Source: Nanobdella aerobiophila
GTDB lineage: Archaea > Nanobdellota > Nanobdellia > Nanobdellales > Nanobdellaceae
NCBI RefSeq assembly: GCF_023169545.1
Contig: NZ_AP019769.1
Location: 630,001 to 662,000, forward strand
Direction of reading: 5' to 3'
Length of the DNA: 32,000 bases
Part shown: positions 24,935 to 32,000 of the stretch, in pieces
How positions within the stretch are numbered: position 1 is the stretch's first letter
Layout: the number at the start of each line of letters is the position of its first letter
Notes under the pieces: model-generated
Told to the model about the DNA's origin: nothing
Seen by the model: the letters and a program-made list of their open reading frames with translations, nothing else
The model's database searches: none
Program-made: the position numbers and the translations under genes

Positions 24935-25878
24935 ATAAAAAGATTATCCTTAGTTTTTATATATTTTATTAAATATTCTTTTAATTCTTCATAATTAGTA
25001 AAATACTTATATTTTATCTTATCTCTTATATATTGAATTATCTTATTTTCTCTATCTGTAAACAAATCTGATTTAGAAAAATAAATAATTAATTCCTTGT
25101 CTAATATCTTTCTTATGCTCTTAAGGACATTTAACTGCTCTTTTATACTAAAACCAGATGTACCAGTTATATCTATAACATATATTATTAAATTTGCTAG
25201 ATAATTTAGTGCTAATATAGACTTTCTTTCTATATAATTTAATTCTTCTATATCTCTATCTAATATACCTGGTGTATCTATAATTTGAATCTTAAAATAT
25301 GGGGTATCTATATATCCCAGCATTAAATCTTTTGTAGTAAAAGGATATTGATCAATTTTTACTTTAGAACCTGTTAAATTCTTTAATAAGGTACTTTTAC
25401 CAACATTTGGCAAACCTGCAATAACAACAGTTGGGTAGTTCTTAATATCTGGTAAATTACTCCTAAATTTTTCATAATTCTTATAATAATTAAATATTTT
25501 TTTATTTCTCTTAATAATACTTGATATTCTACCATAATATTCTTTCAAATATTTATAAGATTGCTCTCTATCTTTTATATTTCTTAATTTCTTATTATAT
25601 TCTTTAAATATATTCCTAATAAATTTCCTTAAATAACCAATTCTTGACCTTAGTTTTTTAATATTTATTTCTGGCATAATTAATGAATATAACTCCTCAT
25701 AAAATTTATTAGAAGGATCTATAATATTATTATATATTTTTTCTAATCTTGAATCTAAATATTGATAAACAACTTCTGCTTTTTTTATATTTCTTTCTCT
25801 AAAATCATATATTGATAAGGTATCTCTCTTCGCTCTTCTAAATGCATTACCTAAAAATTCTTCAAAAAAACTATGCAT
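24931..25878 (-). CDS. NOG1/Obg-related GTP-binding protein (archaeal Nog1-like GTPase)
   Basis: G1 AGLPNVGKSTLL, G2 YPFTTKD, G3 IIDTPGILDR, with a helical N-terminal NOG1-type domain. Confidence 0.85.
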   Translation of the reverse strand: MHSFFEEFLGNAFRRAKRDTLSIYDFRERNIKKAEVVYQYLDSRLEKIYNNIIDPSNKFYEELYSLIMPEINIKKLRSRIGYLRKFIRNIFKEYNKKLRNIKDREQSYKYLKEYYGRISSIIKRNKKIFNYYKNYEKFRSNLPDIKNYPTVVIAGLPNVGKSTLLKNLTGSKVKIDQYPFTTKDLMLGYIDTPYFKIQIIDTPGILDRDIEELNYIERKSILALNYLANLIIYVIDITGTSGFSIKEQLNVLKSIRKILDKELIIYFSKSDLFTDRENKIIQYIRDKIKYKYFTNYEELKEYLIKYIKTKDNLFI

Positions 25879-26307
25879 CTATTCTATATTTACCTTTTTT
25901 CCTGGCGTACCTGGTTTCTTATTTATCTCTATTTTTAGTACTCCATCTTCATATCTCGCCTTTATGCTATTTTCATCCGCATCTTCAGGTAATGTTATTA
26001 ATCTCTGATATGCAGAAAATATTCTTTCCGATCTGATATATCCTTCCTTTTCCTCTTTCTTTTCATTTTTTCTCTTTGCATGCACCTTTAATTTATTGTT
26101 TACAATTGATATATCTATATCCTTTTTATCCACACCTGGTAAGTCCATTTCAATTAAATATCTATCTCCCTTATCTATTAGATCCATTAATGGTTCTTCA
26201 TAATCTACATTAATTTTGTTATTTATTATAGACCCCATACCTTTCATAAATCTCCTCATTAATCTCAGTTGCCTTTTCCATTCCCTATCAAATATGTCGT
26301 CATCCAT
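25879..26307 (-). CDS. Small heat-shock protein (Hsp20/alpha-crystallin family)
   Basis: DLPGVDKKDIDISIVNNKLKVHAKRK...RLITLPEDADENSIKARYEDGVLKIEINKK. Confidence 0.9.
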   Translation of the reverse strand: MDDDIFDREWKRQLRLMRRFMKGMGSIINNKINVDYEEPLMDLIDKGDRYLIEMDLPGVDKKDIDISIVNNKLKVHAKRKNEKKEEKEGYIRSERIFSAYQRLITLPEDADENSIKARYEDGVLKIEINKKPGTPGKKVNIE

Positions 26308-26338
26308 ATTTATATATTCGAAAAAATTAATTTAAGTA

Positions 26339-27199
26339 TTATTTATAAGATAATAATGAAAAATAATCTACAACATTGATTTCTGACCCATTTATTTCTG
26401 AAGAACTTATATGGCTATATAAATCAAATTTTCTATCAAATAATTTATTATATTCTATGAAGATTATAAATGGATATTTTCCACAAAAAACAAGACTATT
26501 AGTGTTTTTATATATAAAATTAGAATCAAGATTAATAATTTTATTTATATAATAATTATCTTCATCTTTTATGTTCTCTGTAATATTTTTCTCATATTTT
26601 ATATAACTGTATTCTGGACCGTGGTGCAATAGATTTCCAGTAAATAATACAAATATTTTCCTCCCCAACTCCTCTGAGATTTCTTTTAATACCTTGGCAA
26701 ATTGCTGAGCCTTATCTATATCTATTTTCTTAACTAATATCGTTAATATCTTTATATCATTAAATAAATACCTTATTATTGGTAGATTTACTTGTACAGA
26801 ATGTTCATATTTAAATGGCAGTGGATCTTCATATATATCAAAACTATTAATTAATTTTCTACCAAATAATATATCTGTTTTTAATGTTCCTATACTTGTA
26901 TACCAATCATCCAATAATAATGATAAGCTTATACCCAGATTACTATGATTTGGCCCTATGATTACTAATGTATCGAAATTGAAATTCTCATATATATCTT
27001 TATATAAATTTATAGAATTTGGCAATAAATAATTGTAGTTTGAATGTGGGACTATACCTGATATTATATCTTTTTCTTTCTTTATCTCTTTTGGTATATA
27101 TCCAGGACCATATTTTTTATTTAAAAATGAATACTCTATTAATGAAAGCAAATCTGATCTATCATTAGGATAAAAACCTCTTGAATTTATAAATATCAT
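26339..27199 (-). CDS. MEMO1-family protein (AmmeMemoRadiSam system protein B-like)
   Basis: GIVPHSNYNYLLP...LVIIGPNHS...EHSVQVNLP pattern typical of the Memo family. Confidence 0.75.
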   Translation of the reverse strand: MIFINSRGFYPNDRSDLLSLIEYSFLNKKYGPGYIPKEIKKEKDIISGIVPHSNYNYLLPNSINLYKDIYENFNFDTLVIIGPNHSNLGISLSLLLDDWYTSIGTLKTDILFGRKLINSFDIYEDPLPFKYEHSVQVNLPIIRYLFNDIKILTILVKKIDIDKAQQFAKVLKEISEELGRKIFVLFTGNLLHHGPEYSYIKYEKNITENIKDEDNYYINKIINLDSNFIYKNTNSLVFCGKYPFIIFIEYNKLFDRKFDLYSHISSSEINGSEINVVDYFSLLSYK

Positions 27200-27250
27200 A
27201 AAAATCTATAGAAAAATTTATTTATTAATTTTTTTCTTTATCTTATTCTT

Positions 27251-28060
27251 ATGAAAATTGGTTTGGAGATACATCAGCAGATAAATACTAAAAACAAATT
27301 ATTCTGTAATTGTAATACAGATCTAAAAGAAGATTATAAATATAGAATTGAAAGAAAATTAAGAGCTACTTTGAGCGAAACTGGAAAAAAAGATATAGCA
27401 GCAGAATATGAAACAATAAAAGATAAAAAATATATATATGAATATGATAAAGATTATGCTTGTTTAGTAGAATTGGATGAAGAGCCTCCAAAATATATAA
27501 ATTTAGATGCATTAAAATTTGGAATATTAATTTCCACATATTTTAATATGTACATACCTAGAGTGTTACAAATTATGAGAAAAATTGTTGTAGACGGATC
27601 TAATACATCTGGTTTCCAGAGAACACTATTATTATCATTAGATGGAAAATTAAATTATAAAAATATAGGAATTGGAACTCTATGTATTGAAGAAGATGCA
27701 GCTAGAAAGATAGAAGAAAAAGATGATTATATAATATATAGGCTGGATAGATTAGGAATACCATTAATAGAGATATCTACAGATCCCGATATAAAGGATC
27801 CAAAAGAAGCAAAAGAAGTAGCCGAATATATTGGATTAATATTAAGGCTATCTGGAAAAGTAAAAAGGGGTTTAGGAACGATAAGACAAGATCTAAATGT
27901 TTCAATAGAAGGAGGGAATAAGGTAGAGATAAAAGGTGTACAGAACTTAAAAATCATTGATAAAATTGTAGACCTTGAAGCAAAAAGACAAGAAAAAATT
28001 TTAGAACTAATAAATATTGCTAAAGAAAGAGGCATAGAAGGATATGTATTAGAAGAATAG
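27251..28060 (+). CDS. gatE: Glu-tRNA(Gln) amidotransferase subunit E, N-terminal part only (269 aa; full-length GatE is ~620 aa)
   Basis: MKIGLEIHQQINTKNKLFCNC, CLVELDEEPP, VVDGSNTSGFQRT, YRLDRLGIPLIEISTDP, KRGLGTIRQDLNVSIEGGNKVEIKGVQNL. The ORF stops where the AspRS-like insertion domain normally begins, and the downstream genes are unrelated. Confidence 0.8.
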   Translation: MKIGLEIHQQINTKNKLFCNCNTDLKEDYKYRIERKLRATLSETGKKDIAAEYETIKDKKYIYEYDKDYACLVELDEEPPKYINLDALKFGILISTYFNMYIPRVLQIMRKIVVDGSNTSGFQRTLLLSLDGKLNYKNIGIGTLCIEEDAARKIEEKDDYIIYRLDRLGIPLIEISTDPDIKDPKEAKEVAEYIGLILRLSGKVKRGLGTIRQDLNVSIEGGNKVEIKGVQNLKIIDKIVDLEAKRQEKILELINIAKERGIEGYVLEE

Positions 28061-28092
28061 ACTTATATTTTTTAATAAATTTTATTTAAAAT

Positions 28093-28572
28093 ATGAAAAG
28101 TCAATTTGGTACTATAATAGTAGAGGTAATATTATTTATAGTAGCTGCTATAGCTGCATATATCTTTGTATCTACTGCTTATACAAATTTAAATGATATA
28201 AGTAATGCAGCAACCGCAAACTCAAAATCTTTGGAAAGTCAATTACAAACCTATATAACCATAGATTCTTGCGCATATAATAGTTCTACAGATTTATTAT
28301 ATATATATTCAACCAATAGAGGAAATAATGTATTAAATCAAAACTTAACATTATTATTTATTAATGGAGTTTTAATAAATAATACAATAATTACCATAGC
28401 AAATAGTAATACTGGTACAGCTGCATGGGGTCCTTATGATACTATATTAATAGAATCTAATATAACTCTTAATTCAAATTTTTATAATATAAAGCTAGTT
28501 ACAGACACTGGTGCTTCTGCAGAAAATATAATATATGTAAATACAACAAGTAATATATGTACAATAGAATGA
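28093..28572 (+). CDS. Pilin/archaellin-like protein with a class III signal peptide-like N-terminus (159 aa)
   Basis: MKSQFG|TIIVEVILFIVAAIAAYIFVST, then a Asn/Thr/Ser-rich beta-type body (..STNRGNNVLNQNLTLLFINGVL..) resembling FlaG/FlaF/pilin domains. Several N-x-S/T sequons. Confidence 0.6.
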   Translation: MKSQFGTIIVEVILFIVAAIAAYIFVSTAYTNLNDISNAATANSKSLESQLQTYITIDSCAYNSSTDLLYIYSTNRGNNVLNQNLTLLFINGVLINNTIITIANSNTGTAAWGPYDTILIESNITLNSNFYNIKLVTDTGASAENIIYVNTTSNICTIE

Positions 28573-29015
28573 GATCAGACTTAGGATCAATAATAGGAGC
28601 AATAATAGGATTTGTTATATTTTCATTATCTTTATTTGCTTTATATTTTATATTAAATAACTCTTTTGCATCATATAAATATACTGCAAATTCTATAAAT
28701 GAAGAAATAAGAAATATTATAGGAGAGAATATTGAATTTTTAGATAATCAAACTACATATATAAATCCAAATATTACAATATATAATAATGGAAATAAGG
28801 CCTTAGATTTATCTTGTTTTCAATTATATGTAAATGGTTATTATACATCCTTTAATTATAGCATAAATTATTTATATCCATCAAATTTATTATTACCTGG
28901 AGAAAATGCTACCATATATTTTTCAAACAACTATATAGAGAATAATTCTTATAATTATATAATATTTATGAGTTGTTATGGAGACAGGTTTCAAACTTTA
29001 ATATATGTAAGTTGA
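28557..29015 (+). CDS. Pilin/FlaF-FlaG-like protein with a class III signal peptide-like N-terminus
   Basis: The likely true start is ATG at 28569 (ATGA overlap with the upstream stop), giving MRSDLG|SIIGAIIGFVIFSLSLFALYF. Body motif ITIYNNGNKALDLSCFQLYVNGYY. Confidence 0.6.
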   Translation: MYNRMRSDLGSIIGAIIGFVIFSLSLFALYFILNNSFASYKYTANSINEEIRNIIGENIEFLDNQTTYINPNITIYNNGNKALDLSCFQLYVNGYYTSFNYSINYLYPSNLLLPGENATIYFSNNYIENNSYNYIIFMSCYGDRFQTLIYVS

Positions 29016-29025
29016 TATATTTAAA

Positions 29026-30993
29026 ATGAGATTACAAGGAGAATCATTAGCGGTAATAATATTATTCATTATTGGAGCTATATCAGCTTTTATGCTATAT
29101 AATATATTAAGACCAAATTATAATTCTTTAACCCCCACTGGAGAATCTATCGCAAATTCATTAAGTATTAATTTTCAATTATTAAATTATTATATAACAA
29201 ATAATACTTTATTTGTATATGTAAAACCATCAGAACCTGTAAATGCATCTCAAGTATTTGCTATAGTAAATAATAACTCTGCTCTTGTATACCCATATAA
29301 TTCAAATAATGATATTGTTAATCCAAATCAAAATCAATTATTGTTAATTGTTGATAATTTATCTCAAACTTCTTTGGATCAAAATGGCAACTATAAGATA
29401 ACCATAGGTTTATCAAATGATATAATAGGAATATTTAGTATTAAATATGAATCAAATCCTTTACAAAAATTCTTTCACCCTATAATAGAAAATAATATTA
29501 CAAATATAATTAACAATGTAACGACAAACGTAAATAATTATTATGAATTAATATTATATAATACGCAATCTATTCCAACTCCAGCACCATTTCAACAAGA
29601 TATAGCTATATGTAATGGATCTACATCATTAGTACAGAATCCTTATTTTAGTATAGTTGGTAATGCATCTTCGACAGGTTCAACATCTGCCTCAGTAACA
29701 TTACCTACAGGTGCTAATATTTATTTATGTAATGGAGGTGATGGAAATGGTGCTTTATCTTCATATTCCTGGACTGCTCAAGAAACAACACAAAATACTT
29801 ATGCAAGTTTAGGATATCAAAGTTCTAATGTGTGTTCAGATTCTTCAGGATCTACTGATATTGTAGTTGGAGGTGTTGCCATAAATACTAATGAATATGA
29901 AAATTTTGTTGGAACAACATTTAATGGTGTAAATTCTTTCTCTTATACATATAATGTAACTAATACATCTAATGTTGTCATTTCTGTTGCATGTGGATGG
30001 TATGCATGCACATCCGTAACATTACCTTCTGGATGCCAAAAGTTATTTGATACCATAGGAGGAGATACATATGAAACTACGGTAATGGGTGTATGTTATA
30101 ATCAAACAGCAGGTAGTTATACAGTTTCTGGATCATTAAATGGAGGAGGCTATGTTTCTGTAGGTATATATGAATTTAGTACAATCCCTCCAAGGTTGAA
30201 TACATCCCTATCTTATGTAAATAATATTACTTTATATAATGAAATAAATTCTAATGGATCTAATGTATACTTTTTTTCTAATCCTTCTAATCCTACAGGA
30301 TCATTATTATATTCTTGGTACGAAGGACAAGAAAATACTAATGGAGTATCATGCGACATTTGGTGGGTAAATATTAGTAATGGAATACCTGCAAATAGTA
30401 ATATAACAATATATATGGATATAGGAAATACAAGTACAAATTATTATTCACAATATTATCCATATGTAGGTGTATCTTATAATGTTTTAGGAACATTTAA
30501 TTATGATAATGGTAATTATGTATTTAATTATTATGAAAAATGGGGGAATTTAAGCTCTTTACCAGTAGGGTGGAATAATTTAGATTCTGTAAGTGTATCT
30601 TTTAGCCAAAATTATACATCTTTTGTTCAAACAAGTTCTAATAACTATTGGTATGGTTTATATTATCCATTATCGAATTCTAATTTACAAAATAGACCTT
30701 TGTTATTATTATCATATTATTACTCCTATCCTAACGGAAATACAAACTATTTTGGAATCACAAGCCAAACACCAGTAGTCAGTAATACAAATTATTATAC
30801 ATACTATGTAACACAAACATCCCCAGGTTATTATAATAGCTTGTTATATGTTTCTTCTGGAACTGCTACAGATACAATAGGATATTTAGTATATGTCCCC
30901 GGCAGTATAACTGGTTCTTATTTTAATTTATATTGGACTGCTGTTGCTTCATATCCTCCTAATGGAGTTATGCCTGAAGTCTTTATACAATAA
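29026..30993 (+). CDS. Large (655 aa) pilin-anchored, heavily sequon-loaded surface protein with a lectin/LamG-like region; candidate adhesin
   Basis: MRLQG|ESLAVIILFIIGAISAFMLY N-terminus. Roughly 20 N-x-S/T sequons by hand count. The Asn/Ser/Thr/Tyr-rich body has paired Cys. The segment LLYSWYEGQENTNGVSCDIWWVNISNGIPANSNITIYMDIGN resembles the DUF2341/concanavalin-like lectin motif as I recall it (unverified). Confidence 0.6.
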   Translation: MRLQGESLAVIILFIIGAISAFMLYNILRPNYNSLTPTGESIANSLSINFQLLNYYITNNTLFVYVKPSEPVNASQVFAIVNNNSALVYPYNSNNDIVNPNQNQLLLIVDNLSQTSLDQNGNYKITIGLSNDIIGIFSIKYESNPLQKFFHPIIENNITNIINNVTTNVNNYYELILYNTQSIPTPAPFQQDIAICNGSTSLVQNPYFSIVGNASSTGSTSASVTLPTGANIYLCNGGDGNGALSSYSWTAQETTQNTYASLGYQSSNVCSDSSGSTDIVVGGVAINTNEYENFVGTTFNGVNSFSYTYNVTNTSNVVISVACGWYACTSVTLPSGCQKLFDTIGGDTYETTVMGVCYNQTAGSYTVSGSLNGGGYVSVGIYEFSTIPPRLNTSLSYVNNITLYNEINSNGSNVYFFSNPSNPTGSLLYSWYEGQENTNGVSCDIWWVNISNGIPANSNITIYMDIGNTSTNYYSQYYPYVGVSYNVLGTFNYDNGNYVFNYYEKWGNLSSLPVGWNNLDSVSVSFSQNYTSFVQTSSNNYWYGLYYPLSNSNLQNRPLLLLSYYYSYPNGNTNYFGITSQTPVVSNTNYYTYYVTQTSPGYYNSLLYVSSGTATDTIGYLVYVPGSITGSYFNLYWTAVASYPPNGVMPEVFIQ

Positions 30994-31020
30994 AAATATT
31001 TTTATTCATATTTTTATAAT

Positions 31021-31093
31021 GGTCCAGGTAGCCTAGCGGTAAGGCGTCGGGCTGTGGACCCGAAGATCGGGGGTTCAAATCCCCTCCTGGACC
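31021..31093 (+). tRNA. tRNA-His(GUG) with a genomically encoded G-1
   Basis: G-1 (31021) lies opposite C73 (31093). Acceptor GUCCAGG/CCUGGAC. Anticodon loop CUGUGGA. T-arm GGGGG-UUCAAAU-CCCCU. Confidence 0.92.
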
Positions 31094-32000
31094 CTAATGC
31101 GTTTCCCAGCTAACTGAATATTCATAACCTAATAATTTTTTCATATAATTTTCTATAGAAAATTTTTCCTTATTAGTAATCTTACATAGATTATGCGCTA
31201 ATTTCAAAAATTTAGGATATTGAAAATCTTTATATATTTCTTCCTTTATAATTTCTTTTAATTTATTTATATTTATATTATCTAAGCTTTCTAATCTATA
31301 TATATGATCATTTACTCTGGCTCTAAAATATAATATATTTATGTTCCTATCAAATATATTATCATTAATTTTAGACATTAAATACTCTTTCAAATTCTTT
31401 TTTACGATATCTGTATAAAATATTTGATTTGGATATATTTTCATTAGGGCAATCATATCTGATCTTTCTAAATTATAAATATTCAAATTTAATATTCTTT
31501 TAGCTATAGCAATTATTTTTCCGTTATTTATTATATATTTAAAGTTATTCAAATATTCCTCTTTCCTTTTTTCTATAAGTTCATCGTATATTTTTGTATT
31601 AAATTTAGAAAATAATATTGAATCGGATATTATAGATCCATCAAAAAATATATAATTATCAATATATTTTGAAGCTAATTTATATTCTAAATTTTTTGCA
31701 AATAATGAAGAAACGTCATTTATATCTATTGTATCATTATCCGTCTTAAAAAATATATTTGGTAATATTTCTATATCATCAATTTTTTCATATATATTAT
31801 CCGAAACTATTACAGCTCTTGAATATATATAAGAAAAAGGACCTATAATTCCATTTATAAATGAAGAATCTATAAAACCATAATTATTCTTATTAATATC
31901 TACATCATCTAGATCTAATAATTTTATATTATTTTTTATATAACTATAATCATCAATTTTTAATTTATTTATCTTTTCTTCTATATTTTTTATTAATTCT
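31094..32000 (-). CDS. nurA: NurA-like 5'-3' nuclease, partial (reading frame open to the window edge)
   Basis: The ORF-track entry starts at TTG 31552, but I checked the frame codon by codon and found no stop up to 32000. The extended translation contains ..YGFIDSSF.., IFFDGSIISDS, IIAIAKR, YFRARVNDHIYRLE and QYPKFLKLAHNLCKI. These match the NurA motif pattern as I remember it. Confidence 0.55.
   Translation of the reverse strand, partial: ELIKNIEEKINKLKIDDYSYIKNNIKLLDLDDVDINKNNYGFIDSSFINGIIGPFSYIYSRAVIVSDNIYEKIDDIEILPNIFFKTDNDTIDINDVSSLFAKNLEYKLASKYIDNYIFFDGSIISDSILFSKFNTKIYDELIEKRKEEYLNNFKYIINNGKIIAIAKRILNLNIYNLERSDMIALMKIYPNQIFYTDIVKKNLKEYLMSKINDNIFDRNINILYFRARVNDHIYRLESLDNININKLKEIIKEEIYKDFQYPKFLKLAHNLCKITNKEKFSIENYMKKLLGYEYSVSWETH

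Noticed and set aside
3423-30778. Antisense or alternative-frame ORF-track entries inside well-supported genes. By start coordinate: 3423, 3769, 7229, 7555, 8930, 9980, 10274, 11064, 15772, 17233, 19754, 20042, 22640, 22833, 23505, 25842, 27727, 30593
   Set aside because: Each lies within, or largely overlaps, a longer ORF with clear family motifs, mostly on the opposite strand (30593 is same-strand in another frame). Their translations are low-complexity Ile/Leu/Phe/Ser-rich strings, typical of the antisense or off-frame reading of Lys/Asn/Glu-rich genes.
1-32000. CRISPR arrays, transposases/IS elements, integrases, toxin-antitoxin or restriction-modification genes
   Set aside because: I saw no regularly spaced direct repeats and no ORFs with recognisable transposase, integrase, nuclease-methylase or Cas motifs. 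The window looks like core chromosome plus lineage-specific surface-protein genes, not a mobile or defence island.

Overview
This is a very AT-rich archaeal chromosomal segment whose stable RNAs (23S rRNA, four tRNAs) are strongly GC-rich, the usual signature of a thermophile with a reduced genome. Genes are tightly packed, often with overlapping start and stop codons. Ribosomal-protein genes sit in small non-canonical groups, the 23S rRNA has its own promoter with no 16S upstream, and two conserved enzymes (GatE, Dph2) are present only as N-terminal pieces. Together these features resemble Nanoarchaeota/DPANN-type genomes; this is an inference, since no taxonomic search was possible. Recognisable content: 23S rRNA; ProRS and HisRS; ribosomal proteins L10e, L30, S5, L37e, L15, L19e, L22 and S3; class II ribonucleotide reductase; ApgM; a MinD-like ATPase; a MoxR-VWA pair; a HAD hydrolase; a GT2/GtrA glycosyltransferase with a PAP2 phosphatase; a Memo-like/Hsp20/Nog1-like GTPase/metallophosphoesterase gene string; a partial NurA-like nuclease; and tRNA-Glu(?), Leu, Ala and His. 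The most interesting items are: (1) an unannotated ~229-nt structured RNA gene at 4749-4977, probably on the minus strand, with P4/CR-I/CR-IV/CR-V-like signatures of RNase P RNA but no P2/P3 or specificity domain. (2) TATA boxes at a fixed ~-23 to -31 distance from the mature 5' ends of stable-RNA genes, implying leaderless or near-leaderless transcripts. (3) Two operons of small, sequon-rich, pilin-like (class III signal peptide-like) proteins, one ending in a 655-aa pilin-anchored, lectin-like candidate adhesin. All functional calls rest on motif recognition by eye; no searches or folding programs were run.
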